Positions 40,548 through 51,323 of a DNA stretch of 56,501 nucleotides are shown here, in pieces. Origin of the DNA: Lysobacterales bacterium (GTDB taxonomy: Bacteria; Pseudomonadota; Gammaproteobacteria; Xanthomonadales; Xanthomonadaceae); NCBI GenBank assembly GCA_038233685.1, contig JBBSVH010000001.1, forward strand, positions 1 through 56,501. The letters run 5' to 3'. How positions within the stretch are numbered: the first letter of the stretch is position 1; each line of letters begins with the position of its first letter. Both the position numbers and the translations under genes were made by a program. The notes beneath the pieces are model-generated. The model searched no databases. It saw nothing but the letters and a program-made list of their open reading frames with translations, and was not told the origin of the DNA.

Positions 40548-41964
40548 CGCGCCCGCGCAGCGAGTTGGTGCGCGCCTCGGTGATCAGCACGTCGACGAAC
40601 TGCCCGATCATCCGGGGGTCCCCTGGAAAATTGACCGAACGCATGTTCTCGGTTTTGCCCGTCAACTCGTTGGCGTCCTTGCGCGAAGGCCCTTCCACCA
40701 GCACGGATTCGACGCTTCCCACCATGGACTCGGAGATGGCCGCCGAGTGGCGGTTGATGTGGGTCTGCAGCCGATCCAGCCGCGCGTGCTTTTCGACAGC
40801 GCTGGTGGAGTCGGGCAGATCCGCCGCAGGGGTGCCGGGGCGGCGTGAGTAGACGAAAGAAAACGACTGGTCGAAGCCCACGTCCTCGATCAGCTTCATC
40901 GTCTTCTCGAAATCGGCTTCGGTTTCGCCGGGAAAGCCGACGATGAAGTCCGAAGACACCGAAATGCCTGGCCGCACTGCGCGCAGCTTGCGGATCTTCT
41001 GCTTGAATTCGAGCGTGGTGTAGCCGCGCTTCATCGCCGCCAAACTGCGGTCGCTGCCGGCCTGCACCGGCAAGTGCAGGTAGTTGGCCAGCTGCGGCAC
41101 GTCGCGGTACGCCTCGATCAGTGAATCGGAGAATTCCAGCGGGTGCGAGGTGGTGAAGCGGATCCGGCCAACGCCTTCGATCTGGGCGATGGTGCGGATC
41201 AGCAGGCCCAGGTCGGCGTATTGCGCGGGTTCGGTCGCGCCATCTCCATCGTCATTGCATGCGACTTCGCCCAGCGGTCCGCGGTAGGCATTCACGTTCT
41301 GCCCCAGCAGGTTGATCTCGCGCACGCCCTGCTCGGCCAGTTGCGCCACTTCCACGAGCACGTCCTCGAACGGCCGGCTCACCTCCTCGCCGCGCGTGTA
41401 CGGCACCACGCAGAAGCTGCAGTACTTGCTGCATCCCTCCATGATCGACACGAAAGCGCTGGGCCCGTGGGCGCGAGGTTCGGGCAGCCGGTCGAACTTT
41501 TCGATCTCGGGAAAGCTGATGTCCACCTGGGCCACGCCGCTGGCGCGGCGCGCGCGAATCAGTTCCGGCAGCCGGTGCAGGGTCTGCGGACCAAACACCA
41601 GATCCACATAAGGCGCGCGTTTGACGATGGCCGCGCCCTCCTGGGAGGCCACGCAACCGCCGACGCCGATCAGCACGTCCCTCCCGTCTTTCTTCAGCGC
41701 CTTCCAGCGGCCGAGCTGGCTGAACACCTTTTCCTGCGCTTTTTCGCGGATCGAGCAGGTGTTCACGAGCACGACATCCGCCTGTTCAGGATCATCGGTG
41801 AGCTCGAGACCGTGGGACGCAGCCAGCACGTCGGCCATTTTCCCCGAGTCGTACTCGTTCATCTGGCAACCGTGGGTCTTGATATAGAGCTTCCCGCGTT
41901 CCGGCGTCGCAGGTGGGGTAATCGGGGCGGAACTGGGGTCGTGCAGGGAGGCGGTCCCGGGCAT
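40495..41964 (-). CDS. miaB: tRNA-2-methylthio-N6-dimethylallyladenosine synthase
   Basis: [56 protein letters not shown] domain; start set at 41964. Confidence 0.96.
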   Translation of the reverse strand: MPGTASLHDPSSAPITPPATPERGKLYIKTHGCQMNEYDSGKMADVLAASHGLELTDDPEQADVVLVNTCSIREKAQEKVFSQLGRWKALKKDGRDVLIGVGGCVASQEGAAIVKRAPYVDLVFGPQTLHRLPELIRARRASGVAQVDISFPEIEKFDRLPEPRAHGPSAFVSIMEGCSKYCSFCVVPYTRGEEVSRPFEDVLVEVAQLAEQGVREINLLGQNVNAYRGPLGEVACNDDGDGATEPAQYADLGLLIRTIAQIEGVGRIRFTTSHPLEFSDSLIEAYRDVPQLANYLHLPVQAGSDRSLAAMKRGYTTLEFKQKIRKLRAVRPGISVSSDFIVGFPGETEADFEKTMKLIEDVGFDQSFSFVYSRRPGTPAADLPDSTSAVEKHARLDRLQTHINRHSAAISESMVGSVESVLVEGPSRKDANELTGKTENMRSVNFPGDPRMIGQFVDVLITEARTNSLRGRVAATVSTAGDEAGFDSP

Positions 41965-42155
41965 GGCGGTTAATCCAGGCGGGTGGAAAGGGTGCACAGT
42001 CTACCGGGGCGGGCCGCAGCGCTCAGCGTTCACATTCAGCCACGCCAGGCCGGCGGCCAGCGTCGAAACTGGATCGACCTCGTTCACCGCTGGCGGGGAA
42101 TCTATTTAGGTACAAGCACTTGGCAAGAGCCCGTGAACTTGGGACACTCCGCGGC

Positions 42156-43043
42156 ATGAGCCGGCTCAGCCAGATTTTCGCAGCATCGCTGCTGGCATCG
42201 TGCGTGCTGCTGCCCGCGCAGGCCGGTACGCTGTACAAGTGCGCCGGTGCCGATGGCGTTTCCAACTACGTGAGCAAGAAGATCAGCGGCGCGCGTTGCG
42301 AGGTTATCAGTCGCTACAGTCCGGGAAGCCGTGCGGCGAGTGCCCCGGTCCGCGCGCCGGCGGCCATGCCCGTTGCTACGCAGCCGCCTGTCGGGTCAAC
42401 GCCAGCAGTGTCGCCGACGGCCCCCTCCAGCGCCCCTGCGTCGACCGCTGGCGGGGCGCGTCGCGTGGTCAGCGGCGAGGTCTATTCCTACGTCAAGGAC
42501 GGCGTGCGCCACTACAGCGGCGCCCGGCCCAAGGGGGTCGGCAGCGTCGCCAGCATCCGCACCATCAAGTACAGCTTCATCGAATCCTGCTTCGCCTGCG
42601 GTGCAAGGCCGGGAGTCAACTTTGGCTCATTGCGACTCAATACGGTGGCCTACCAGCCCGAAATCGCCGCCGCCGCCCGGGAGTTCGGCGTGGATGAGTC
42701 CGTCGTACGAGCCATCATCCACGCCGAGTCGGCGTTCAATCCGATGGCCCTGTCCCATGCAGGCGCGCAGGGTCTGATGCAGCTGATGCCTCCCACCGCG
42801 CGCCGTTTTGGAGTCACCAACTCGTACGACGCCAGCCAGAACATCCGCGGGGGCGTGCAGTACCTGTCGTGGCTGTTGAAGCGCTTCAACGGCAATCTCA
42901 CCCTGGCCGCCGCGGGCTATAACGCAGGCGAGGGCGCCGTGGATCGGCACGGGGGCGTGCCGCCCTACAAGGAAACCCAGCGCTACGTGGAGCGCGTGGC
43001 GTTGCTCGCAGACCGCTACCGCGGCGACGCGGCCGCCCGCTGA
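42156..43043 (+). CDS. Lytic transglycosylase (SLT domain), exported
   Basis: Signal peptide, Pro/Ala linker, AIIHAESAFNP, GAQGLMQLMP, AGYNAGEG, PPYKETQRYV. Confidence 0.9.
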   Translation: MSRLSQIFAASLLASCVLLPAQAGTLYKCAGADGVSNYVSKKISGARCEVISRYSPGSRAASAPVRAPAAMPVATQPPVGSTPAVSPTAPSSAPASTAGGARRVVSGEVYSYVKDGVRHYSGARPKGVGSVASIRTIKYSFIESCFACGARPGVNFGSLRLNTVAYQPEIAAAAREFGVDESVVRAIIHAESAFNPMALSHAGAQGLMQLMPPTARRFGVTNSYDASQNIRGGVQYLSWLLKRFNGNLTLAAAGYNAGEGAVDRHGGVPPYKETQRYVERVALLADRYRGDAAAR

Positions 43044-43209
43044 GCGGGTACCCGGGGCCTGCCTGAGGCCCACCGCAAGTGCTTGATTGACACCCGAACG
43101 TTGTCGGCGGATTCACCCATCCGTTACACTTTGTCGTCTTTATGCGGCCCGCACCCTCTGGGTGCCGGCTTGGCAGCCTTAGCTACCTGAAAGTTTTGCG
43201 GAGTGCCGG

Positions 43210-43845
43210 ATGGCAATTGATGGGGTCCATGAGCCTGTAAACACGGGCCGACGGCGGTTCCTGACCGTGACCACGGCTGTGGTCGGCGCGGTTGGTGCCG
43301 GATTTGCAGCAGTACCGTTTATCAAGTCCTGGAAACCCAGCGCCGAGGCCCAGCTCGCCGGCGCGCCGGTGACTGCGGATCTGTCCGGTCTGCAGGAAGG
43401 CCAGCGCATGGTGCTGGAGTGGCGTGGCCAGCCGATCTGGATCGTCAAACGCTCCAAGGCGATCCTGGAAGCGCTGCCGACGCTGGATGACCGGCTGGCC
43501 GATCCAATGTCGCAGAACGAGGACCAGCAGCCGGCGTACGTGCTGCAGGCGAACCCGGTGTTGCGTTCGATCAAGGCGGATATTTCGGTCCTGGTCGGCC
43601 TGTGTACCCATCTGGGCTGCTCGCCTGAAATGGTGGCCGAAATCCGGCCAGAGCCCTACGACCCCAACTGGAAGGGTGGCTACTTCTGCCCGTGCCACAA
43701 GTCGCGCTTCGACATGGCCGGACGCGTGTTCGAAGGTGTGCCCGCACCCACCAACCTGGTGGTGCCGCCGCATTACTACGAGAACGACACCACGCTGGTG
43801 ATCGGGCTCGATCCCTCGTCGTCCACCACCGTGGGAGCCGCATAA
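43210..43845 (+). CDS. petA: Cytochrome bc1 Rieske iron-sulfur subunit
   Basis: Tat motif RRRFL, CTHLGC and CPCH Rieske motifs. Confidence 0.96.
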   Translation: MAIDGVHEPVNTGRRRFLTVTTAVVGAVGAGFAAVPFIKSWKPSAEAQLAGAPVTADLSGLQEGQRMVLEWRGQPIWIVKRSKAILEALPTLDDRLADPMSQNEDQQPAYVLQANPVLRSIKADISVLVGLCTHLGCSPEMVAEIRPEPYDPNWKGGYFCPCHKSRFDMAGRVFEGVPAPTNLVVPPHYYENDTTLVIGLDPSSSTTVGAA

Positions 43846-43848
43846 GCC

Positions 43849-45135
43849 ATGGCCAGCAATGACCACACCAGTGCGACGAACGCGCCCGTGACCGGGCGCC
43901 TCGCGGGCGCGCTCAACTGGTTCAACGAGCGCACACCTGGCCTGATGCCGGTGTACCGCAAGCACATGAGCGAGTACTACGCTCCGAAGAACTTCAACTT
44001 CCTGTATTACATGGGCTCGCTGGCGCTGCTGGTGCTGGTCAACCAGCTGTTCACCGGCATCTTCCTCACCATGCACTTCAAGCCGAGCGCGGCCGAGGCC
44101 TTCTCCTCGGTCGAGTTCATCATGCGCGACGTAGAGTGGGGCTGGCTGATCCGCTACATGCACAGCACCGGTGCGTCGCTGTTCTTCATCGTGGTCTACC
44201 TGCATATGTTCCGCGGGTTGATCTACGGGTCGTACCAGAAGCCACGCGAGCTGGTGTGGATACTGGGCATGCTGATCTACCTGGTGCTGATGGCCGAGGC
44301 CTTCATGGGCTACGTGTTGCCGTGGGGCCAGATGTCGTTCTGGGGCGCCAAGGTCATCATCTCGCTGTTCGGCGCGATCCCGGTGATCGGCAACGGTCTG
44401 ACCGAATGGATCATGGGCGATTACCTGCCCGGTGACGCCACCCTCAACCGGTTCTTCGCGCTGCACGTCATTGCGCTGCCGTTGGTCCTGCTGCTGCTGA
44501 TCGTGCTGCACCTGGGCGCGCTGCATGAAGTGGGGTCGAACAACCCCGATGGCGTGGACATCAAGAAGGGCCCGAAGGGCAACCGATGGGATGCGACCAA
44601 GCCGGCCGACGGGATTCCGTTCCATCCCTACTACACGGTCAAGGACCTGGTTGGCGCGGGCTTCCTGCTGATCATCGCGTCCTTCATCATCTTCTTCAGT
44701 CCCGCGGTGGGCGGCTGGTTCCTGGAGCATGACAACTTCGTCGAGGCCAATCGCCTGGTCACCCCGGCGCACATCAAGCCGGTCTGGTACTACACGCCGT
44801 ACTACGCGATGTTGCGGGTGGTGCCGGACAAACTGCTGGGCGTCATCGTGATGTTCGCGGCGATCGCGGTGCTGTTCTTCGTTCCCTGGCTGGACCGGGC
44901 CAAGGTGCGGTCGATCCGCTACCGCGGTTTGATCGCCAAGATCGCCATCGCCACCCTCGCCATCAGCTTTGTCTGGCTGGGCAAGATCGGTGCAGGTCCG
45001 GGTACCGATCCGACCGAGACGATCATCGGCCGCGTGCTGACCTTCCTGTACTTCGCGTTCTTCATCACCATGCCGATATGGACCACGTTGGACAAGACCA
45101 AGCCAGTGCCGGAACGGGTGACCACCCATGACTAA
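43849..45135 (+). CDS. petB: Cytochrome b
   Basis: RYMHSTGAS, HMFRG, LPWGQMSFWGA, RFFALH, HIKPVWY. Confidence 0.96.
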   Translation: MASNDHTSATNAPVTGRLAGALNWFNERTPGLMPVYRKHMSEYYAPKNFNFLYYMGSLALLVLVNQLFTGIFLTMHFKPSAAEAFSSVEFIMRDVEWGWLIRYMHSTGASLFFIVVYLHMFRGLIYGSYQKPRELVWILGMLIYLVLMAEAFMGYVLPWGQMSFWGAKVIISLFGAIPVIGNGLTEWIMGDYLPGDATLNRFFALHVIALPLVLLLLIVLHLGALHEVGSNNPDGVDIKKGPKGNRWDATKPADGIPFHPYYTVKDLVGAGFLLIIASFIIFFSPAVGGWFLEHDNFVEANRLVTPAHIKPVWYYTPYYAMLRVVPDKLLGVIVMFAAIAVLFFVPWLDRAKVRSIRYRGLIAKIAIATLAISFVWLGKIGAGPGTDPTETIIGRVLTFLYFAFFITMPIWTTLDKTKPVPERVTTHD

Positions 45136-45871
45136 GACGTTGCTGGCCAGGCTGGCCCTGGTGGTCGCGGGGCTGCTGCTTCCGGTGTGTGCTTTCGCGG
45201 CGGAAGGTGGCGCGGTCGAATCGGCGGGCAACGACCTCAGTGACCGCGCGTCGCTGCAGCGTGGCGCCGGGCTGTACATGAACTATTGCTCCGGCTGCCA
45301 TTCGCTGAAGTACCTGCGCTACTCGCGCATGGCGGAGGATCTGGGGCTGACCGAAGACGAGGTGATGCAGAACCTCAACTTCAGCGGGGCCAAATTCGGT
45401 GAGCAGATCCACGCTTCGATGCCGCGCGACCAGAGCGCGAAGTGGTTCGGCGTTGCACCGCCGGACCTGAGCCTGGTGTCCCGCGTTCGCGGTGGCAACT
45501 GGATCTACACCTACCTGAAGTCGTTCTATCTGGATGAGAGCCGCCCGGTAGGCTGGAACAACACCCTGTTTCCGAACGCCTCGATGCCGAACCCGCTGTG
45601 GGAACTGCAGGGCCAGCAGCACGCTGAGTACGGTGAGCCCGATGAAATCGGCGAACGCCATGTCGAGGCGCTTGAACTGGTACGGCCCGGTCGGCAGACG
45701 GCCGAAGAGTTCAACCAGACTGCACGCGACATCACCAACTTCCTTGAGTACGCCGGTGAGCCGGCGGCCCTGAAGCGCCAGAGCATGGGCGTATGGGTGA
45801 TCCTGTTCCTGGTGTTTCTGACTTTCCTGGCGTACCTGCTGAAGCAGGATTACTGGAAGGACGTCCACTGA
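45128..45871 (+). CDS. petC: Cytochrome c1
   Basis: LQRGA, CSGCH heme motif, PPDLSL, SMPN, C-terminal TM. Confidence 0.95.
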   Translation: MTKTLLARLALVVAGLLLPVCAFAAEGGAVESAGNDLSDRASLQRGAGLYMNYCSGCHSLKYLRYSRMAEDLGLTEDEVMQNLNFSGAKFGEQIHASMPRDQSAKWFGVAPPDLSLVSRVRGGNWIYTYLKSFYLDESRPVGWNNTLFPNASMPNPLWELQGQQHAEYGEPDEIGERHVEALELVRPGRQTAEEFNQTARDITNFLEYAGEPAALKRQSMGVWVILFLVFLTFLAYLLKQDYWKDVH

Positions 45872-46035
45872 CGAAGGGGATGTGACTCCATCGCGGCGCC
45901 CCCCTTGCAGGGGCCGTCGCAGGGCAAGCCGCTTGCGGCGATCCAGATGGCGTGCATCCGGGGGAACCGTGGCGACCGTCAGCAGCGCGCTGGCGGCGTC
46001 GATACGACCGGCGGTACCGGTCGCCGGAGAGCCAG

Positions 46036-46671
46036 ATGGCTGTGAGTCCGCGTATGCGCAATTCCCTGACGCTGTTTTCTTCCACCGACGACGTCCTCTG
46101 CCACAGGGTCCGCCTGGTCCTGGCGGCCAAGGGGGTGACCTACGACCTGGTGCCGGTGGACGCGCAGAACCCTCCGGAAGACCTGATCGACCTCAACCCG
46201 TATCACTCGGTGCCGACCCTGGTCGAGCGCGAGCTGGTGCTGTACGCCGCCTCGGTGGTCAGTGAATACCTGGACGAGCGTTATCCCCATCCACCGCTGA
46301 TGCCGGTCGATCCTCTTTCCCGCGCGCGCCTGCGCCTGGCCATGCTGCGTATCGAGCACGACTGGGTGCCGCAGGTGCAGGCCATCCAGATGGGCAACAA
46401 GCAGCAGGTCGAAGCGGGCCGCAAGCGCCTGAAAGAGCTGCTGACCGCGGCGGTGCCGCTGTTCAAGGCCAGCAAGTTCTTCCTCAATCCGGAAATGAGC
46501 CTGGCCGACTGCGCCATGGCCCCGATCATCTGGAGGCTGCCCGCGCTGGACATCCCGCTGCCCAAGGACGGCAAGGTGATCGAAGACTATGGAAACCGGA
46601 TCTTCCGCAATCCCGGTTTCGTGCGCAGCCTGACCGATCAGGAAAAGCGCCTGCGCGAGATCCCGGCGTGA
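46036..46671 (+). CDS. sspA: Stringent starvation protein A (GST-like)
   Basis: HRVRLVLAAKG, LNPYHSVPTLV, EYLDERYPHPPLMP; follows petABC; ATG 46036 with GGAGA. Confidence 0.92.
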   Translation: MAVSPRMRNSLTLFSSTDDVLCHRVRLVLAAKGVTYDLVPVDAQNPPEDLIDLNPYHSVPTLVERELVLYAASVVSEYLDERYPHPPLMPVDPLSRARLRLAMLRIEHDWVPQVQAIQMGNKQQVEAGRKRLKELLTAAVPLFKASKFFLNPEMSLADCAMAPIIWRLPALDIPLPKDGKVIEDYGNRIFRNPGFVRSLTDQEKRLREIPA

Positions 46672-46756
46672 TGTCCCGGCAGCGGCTGCCCGGTGACCTG
46701 CTGGAGCGTTCCGGCCAGGGTCTGCGATAACCGCGATGGGTCAGGAACTGTCCGCC

Positions 46757-47176
46757 ATGACCAGCCACCGTCCGTACCTGTTGCGGGCGCTGGCGGAGTG
46801 GATCGCCGACAACGACATGACCCCGCACCTGCTGGTGGATGCCACGCAGGCCGGAGTCCAGGTGCCGACGAGCGCGGTCAAGGAAGGCAAGGTGGTGCTG
46901 AACATCGCCCAGCGTGCCGTGGTGCGGCTGCAGATTGACAACGATTCGGTCAGCTTCAGCGCCCGCTTCGGCGGCGTGAGTTTCCCGGTGATGGTGCCGA
47001 TCGCGGCGGTTATGGCGATCTACGCCCGGGAAACAGGCCAGGGCATGGCCTTACCCGAGGACATCGGGCCAACGCATGGGGTGGGGGACGACGATGAGCC
47101 GCCCACGCCATTTTCTCCGGCGCCCGACCCGGGGCCTGCTCCGGGCAAGCGTCCGCACCTGCGCGTGGTCAAGTAG
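46757..47176 (+). CDS. sspB: ClpXP adaptor SspB
   Basis: RPYLLRA..WIADN..TPHL, ARFGG, IYARETGQGM, C-terminal PHLRVVK. Confidence 0.94.
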   Translation: MTSHRPYLLRALAEWIADNDMTPHLLVDATQAGVQVPTSAVKEGKVVLNIAQRAVVRLQIDNDSVSFSARFGGVSFPVMVPIAAVMAIYARETGQGMALPEDIGPTHGVGDDDEPPTPFSPAPDPGPAPGKRPHLRVVK

Positions 47177-47184
47177 GACAGGAA

Positions 47185-47205
47185 GCAGCCGCTGTCTGCG
47201 GCTGC
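47185..47205. terminator. Hairpin between convergent sspB and DUF3301 genes
   Basis: GCAGCCGC-TGTCT-GCGGCTGC. Confidence 0.5.
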
Positions 47206-47206
47206 C

Positions 47207-47539
47207 TTACTCTGCCTCGATCGACTCCGGCCGCGCCCGGGCTGGTCCGATGAATGACACCAGCGCATCACCGCGCAGGACCATCCTGCCGGTGTGCCGG
47301 TCGAAGCCGTCGTACGAATAATAGAACCGGAAGCTGCGTTCGAAACCCAGCCGTCCATCCGCTCCGCGCCGCACGCGCAGGCCGGCTTCGTGCACGCTCT
47401 GGTCCAGCCAGATGACATCGGCGCCCTTGCACGCTTCGCGCCCAAGGTGGCCCGCATGCTCGGCCGCCGCCCGCGCAGCGTTCCAGTAGGCGAATACGGA
47501 AGCGCCGGCGATCATGAGCAGGATGATGCCCGGCGACAT
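47207..47539 (-). CDS. DUF3301-like membrane-anchored protein
   Basis: N-terminal TM, AC...WLDQSV, R.FRFYYSYDG..R..G pattern. Confidence 0.7.
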   Translation of the reverse strand: MSPGIILLMIAGASVFAYWNAARAAAEHAGHLGREACKGADVIWLDQSVHEAGLRVRRGADGRLGFERSFRFYYSYDGFDRHTGRMVLRGDALVSFIGPARARPESIEAE

Positions 47540-47542
47540 GGC

Positions 47543-48397
47543 TCAGTTCAGGACCGGGCCGAGCTTCATCGACAGGTCGATGGCGGCCACGTGCTTGGTC
47601 AACGCGCCGATGGAGATGAAGTCCACTCCATCCTGTGCGATCCGCCGCACCGATTGCAGGTCAACGCCGCCGGACACCTCCAGCGGGATCCGGCCAGCCG
47701 CGATGCGGACCGCCTCGCGGCGCATGGGTGCGTCGAAATCGTCGATCAGGATGCGGTCGCAGCCGGCAACCAGGGCTTCTTCGAGCTGCTCTATCGACTC
47801 CACTTCCACGACCAGCGGCAGGGTGGGCTGCGCGATGCGGGCCAGTTTCACCGCCGCCGCCAGCGAGCCCGCCGCACGAATGTGGTTCTCCTTCAGCATC
47901 ACCGTGTCGTACAGCCCCAGGCGGTGGTTGCTGCCGCCGCCGCAGCGCACCGCGTACTTCTGCGCCAGGCGCAGCCCGGGCAGGGTCTTTCGGGTGTCCA
48001 GGATGCGCGCAGCGGTGCCGGCTACGGCTTCGACGTATGCGGCCGTGGTGGTGGCCGTGCCCGACAGCGTCTGCAGGAAATTCAAACTCGCTCGCTCGGC
48101 GCTGACCATCGCGCGGACGCGGCCTGCCAGCGTCGCCAGCACCGTGCCGGCGGCAACGCGGTCACCCTCTCCAACGCGCCACTCGATGATCACTTCCGGA
48201 TCGAGTGCAAGGTGACACGCGTCGAACCACGGCCGTCCGGCAATCACGGCGTCCTGCTTGCACAGCAGGTAGGCGACATCGGCAGCGTCGGGCAGCAGTG
48301 CAGCGGTAACGTCGCCACTGCCAAGGTCCTCGGCCAGCGCCCGCGCCACGTCCGCCGCGATGGCTTCCGCAGGGGGCGGCATGACCCTGTCGCTCAT
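47543..48397 (-). CDS. nadC: Nicotinate-nucleotide diphosphorylase (quinolinate PRTase)
   Basis: ALAEDLGSGDVT, ERASLNFLQ, DTRKT.PGLR, NHR.GL.D, KENH, EVSGG, SIGALTK. Confidence 0.95.
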   Translation of the reverse strand: MSDRVMPPPAEAIAADVARALAEDLGSGDVTAALLPDAADVAYLLCKQDAVIAGRPWFDACHLALDPEVIIEWRVGEGDRVAAGTVLATLAGRVRAMVSAERASLNFLQTLSGTATTTAAYVEAVAGTAARILDTRKTLPGLRLAQKYAVRCGGGSNHRLGLYDTVMLKENHIRAAGSLAAAVKLARIAQPTLPLVVEVESIEQLEEALVAGCDRILIDDFDAPMRREAVRIAAGRIPLEVSGGVDLQSVRRIAQDGVDFISIGALTKHVAAIDLSMKLGPVLN

Positions 48398-48663
48398 GCC
48401 TCTGGGAACTCCGGAAACTGCAGCGTGCTGATCGCTTCTTCGGCCAGCAGCACCGGTATGCCGTCATCGACGCGGTACACCAGCTTGCGATCCCGCGTCA
48501 CCAGGGCTTCCCTCAGCGCCCCGTCCTGCGCGCTGCTGTCCACGCGCTGGACCCCGCCTGCGGCGATGGCGCGATTGAGTACGTCGAGCCCGCGCGACTC
48601 GAGCATCGCGAGCGGTTGGCGGCTGGACGGACAACACAGGATGTCGAGCAGTTTTCGGTCCAT
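48394..48663 (-). CDS. Trm112-family protein
   Basis: MDRKLLDILCCP...YRVDDGIPVLL..EA. Confidence 0.88.
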   Translation of the reverse strand: MDRKLLDILCCPSSRQPLAMLESRGLDVLNRAIAAGGVQRVDSSAQDGALREALVTRDRKLVYRVDDGIPVLLAEEAISTLQFPEFPEA

Positions 48664-48721
48664 GGGTGCCTCGTATCGCGTCGAAGGTGGCTAGAATACG
48701 TCTTTAAGACAGGGCAGGGCC

Positions 48722-49225
48722 ATGACAGCCAACCAGTCCGGGCCGCTCGTCGGCATCGTGATGGGATCCCGCTCCGACTGGGAAACCATGCAGCACGCCG
48801 CGCAAAAACTCGATGCGCTTGGGGTGCCCTACGAAGTGAAGGTGGTGTCGGCGCATCGCACGCCCGACGTCCTGTTCGGCTACGCCGCAGCCGCATCGGG
48901 CCGCGGCCTGCGCGCGATCATCGCCGGTGCCGGCGGGGCGGCGCACCTGCCGGGGATGTTGGCCGCGAAGACGGCCGTGCCGGTGCTCGGCGTGCCGGTC
49001 CAGTCCAAGGCCCTCAACGGCATGGATTCGCTGCTTTCAATCGTGCAGATGCCGGCCGGCATTCCTGTGGCCACCTTCGCCATCGGCGTCGCGGGCGCGT
49101 GCAACGCCGCGCTCTTCGCCGCAGCCATGCTGGCGCCGGGCAGCACGGCCATTGGCGAGGCGCTGGACAAGTTCAGGGCACGCCAGACCGACGATGTGAT
49201 GGCGAACGACGACCCGAGGCAATGA
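48722..49225 (+). CDS. purE: N5-CAIR mutase
   Basis: [38 protein letters not shown]. Confidence 0.96.
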   Translation: MTANQSGPLVGIVMGSRSDWETMQHAAQKLDALGVPYEVKVVSAHRTPDVLFGYAAAASGRGLRAIIAGAGGAAHLPGMLAAKTAVPVLGVPVQSKALNGMDSLLSIVQMPAGIPVATFAIGVAGACNAALFAAAMLAPGSTAIGEALDKFRARQTDDVMANDDPRQ

Positions 49226-50361
49226 CCACCGTCGGAATCCTCGGTGGCGGCCAGTTGGCGCGCATGCTCGCGCTTGCCGGTGCGCCGCTGGGTCTGCGCT
49301 TCCTGGTGATGGACACGGTGGCCGATGTGTGCGCCGGGCAGTTCGCGCCGCTCCTGGTCGGCGACTACCGCGACGAAGCCGCGCTGGCTGAATTCGCTTC
49401 GCGGGTCGACGTGGCCACCTTCGATTTTGAAAACGTGCCGGCCGAAAGTGCGGAGTGGCTTGCTGCCCGGGTACCGGTGTTTCCGAACCCGCGCGCCTTG
49501 GCTATCGCCCAGGACCGGCTGGTGGAAAAAACCCTGTTCCGGGACCTTGGAATACCGGTCCCGGATTTCGCGGCCGTGGCGACGCGCGCGGAACTGGACA
49601 CTGCACTGGCCGCGGTGGGGACGCCCTGCATCCTCAAGACGCGCAGGCTGGGCTATGACGGCAAAGGCCAGTTCCGGATCCGCAGCCGCGACGACGCTGA
49701 TGCGGCGTGGGCGGCGCTCGGCGCGCAGGCCGCTAGCGTCGGGCTGATCGTGGAAGCGTTCGTTCCGTTCGAGCGAGAACTTTCGGTGATCGCGGTCCGC
49801 GGCCGCGACGGCAGCTTCCGCAGCTGGCCGCTGACCGAAAACTGGCATGTCGACGGCGTGCTGTCCGCCAGCCTGGCTCCCGCACGGGTAACGGACGAGT
49901 TGACCGGGACTGCCTTCGCCCACGCCAGGGCCTTGGCCGAAACGCTGGATTACGTCGGCGTCTTCGCGCTGGAACTGTTTTGCCGGGACGGCGTGCTGCT
50001 GGCCAACGAGATGGCGCCCCGGGTGCACAACTCCGGCCACTGGACCATTGAAGGCGCAGAGACCTCCCAGTTCGAGAACCACCTGCGTGCCGTGCTTGGC
50101 CTTGCACTGGGCGACACCCGCATGCGCGGTGTCGCCTGCATGTTGAACTGGATCGGCGAGCTGCCCGAGGCCGCTCCCGTTCTGGAATCGTCGGGAGGGC
50201 ACTGGCACGATTACGGCAAGCAGCCACGTGCGGGGCGCAAGGTTGGCCACGCCACGCTGCGGGACGAGTCGGTGGACGCGCTGGCTGGCCAGCTGCACCG
50301 CATCGGGGTAGAGCTCCAGCGCGAGGACCAGGTCGCCCCGGTAATCGAACGGCTGGCATAA
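49222..50361 (+). CDS. purK: N5-CAIR synthase
   Basis: [48 protein letters not shown]; ATG 49222 overlaps purE stop. Confidence 0.96.
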   Translation: MTTVGILGGGQLARMLALAGAPLGLRFLVMDTVADVCAGQFAPLLVGDYRDEAALAEFASRVDVATFDFENVPAESAEWLAARVPVFPNPRALAIAQDRLVEKTLFRDLGIPVPDFAAVATRAELDTALAAVGTPCILKTRRLGYDGKGQFRIRSRDDADAAWAALGAQAASVGLIVEAFVPFERELSVIAVRGRDGSFRSWPLTENWHVDGVLSASLAPARVTDELTGTAFAHARALAETLDYVGVFALELFCRDGVLLANEMAPRVHNSGHWTIEGAETSQFENHLRAVLGLALGDTRMRGVACMLNWIGELPEAAPVLESSGGHWHDYGKQPRAGRKVGHATLRDESVDALAGQLHRIGVELQREDQVAPVIERLA

Positions 50362-50432
50362 GGCCGCTGTAAGCCAGTTATCTGCTCACGCAAGCCTTCG
50401 CAGATGCACCACTATCCGACAGCCGCAGGATC

Positions 50433-50506
50433 TGTGGGAGCGGCTCAAGTCGCGAAGCAGTGAAATTGCACAGTGCATTGGTTTCGCGACTGACGTCGCT
50501 CCCACA
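50433..50506. repeat. REPIN-like element (two inverted REP units) between purK and sodB
   Basis: TGTGGGAGCGGCTCAAGTCGCGA (50433-50455) ... TCGCGACTGACGTCGCTCCCACA (50484-50506). Confidence 0.8.
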
Positions 50507-50573
50507 AGGAACTAGCGGGTCTGGTGGCGCAACTTTGCAGTTGCACGCTTGCAAACGACCAGTTGCGGAACGA

Positions 50574-50607
50574 AATGAAGACGGCCGCTTGCGCGGCCGT
50601 CTTCATT
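50574..50607. terminator. Strong hairpin downstream of sodB (probable terminator)
   Basis: 15-bp perfect stem AATGAAGACGGCCGC-TTGC-GCGGCCGTCTTCATT. Confidence 0.75.
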
Positions 50608-50625
50608 AACGGGTCCCGGCGCGGA

Positions 50626-51213
50626 TCAGCGCAGGTTGGACGCCACGAAGTCCCAGTTGACCAGGGACCAGAACGATTCCAGGTACTTGGGTCGCGCGTT
50701 GCGGTAATCGATGTAGTAGGCGTGCTCCCACACGTCGACGGTCAGCAAAGGCGTGTCTTCGCCAGTCAGCGGATTGACCGCATTGGAGGTGCTGGCCAGG
50801 GCGACCGAGCCGTCCGGGCGCTGCACCAGCCAACCCCAGCCAGAGCCGAACGTCCCGACCGCGTTCTTCGTGAACTCGTCCTTGAACTTCGAAAAATCGC
50901 CGAAGGTCTGGTTGATGAGTTCGGCAAGCTTTCCGGTGGGTTCACCACCGCCACCCGCGGAGGCCGGCTTCAGGCAGTTCCAGTAAAAAGTGTGGTTCCA
51001 GACCTGTGCGGCATTGTTGAACATGCCGCCCTGCGTCTTGCGGATGATTTCCTCGAGCGGCATATCGGCGAACTCGGTGCCTTCGATGAGCTTGTTGAGG
51101 TTGTCGACGTAGGCCTTGTGATGCTTGCCGTGGTGGAAATCGAGTGTTTCACCCGAAATATGCGGCTCCAGGGCGGTGCGTTCATACGGGAGGGGCGGGA
51201 GTTCGATAGCCAT
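50626..51213 (-). CDS. sodB: Fe superoxide dismutase
   Basis: [21 protein letters not shown] (Fe-type AAQ), [13 protein letters not shown]. Confidence 0.93.
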   Translation of the reverse strand: MAIELPPLPYERTALEPHISGETLDFHHGKHHKAYVDNLNKLIEGTEFADMPLEEIIRKTQGGMFNNAAQVWNHTFYWNCLKPASAGGGGEPTGKLAELINQTFGDFSKFKDEFTKNAVGTFGSGWGWLVQRPDGSVALASTSNAVNPLTGEDTPLLTVDVWEHAYYIDYRNARPKYLESFWSLVNWDFVASNLR

Positions 51214-51323
51214 GGTTTTTCCTTTGCTGGGCGTGGGGGCAGCGACGCCGGAGCGTGCTGAGGCTTTACAATACGAGTCTACCCGACGCGCCTTTGCGGG
51301 CCGTCAAAGCAGGAGGACAGATC

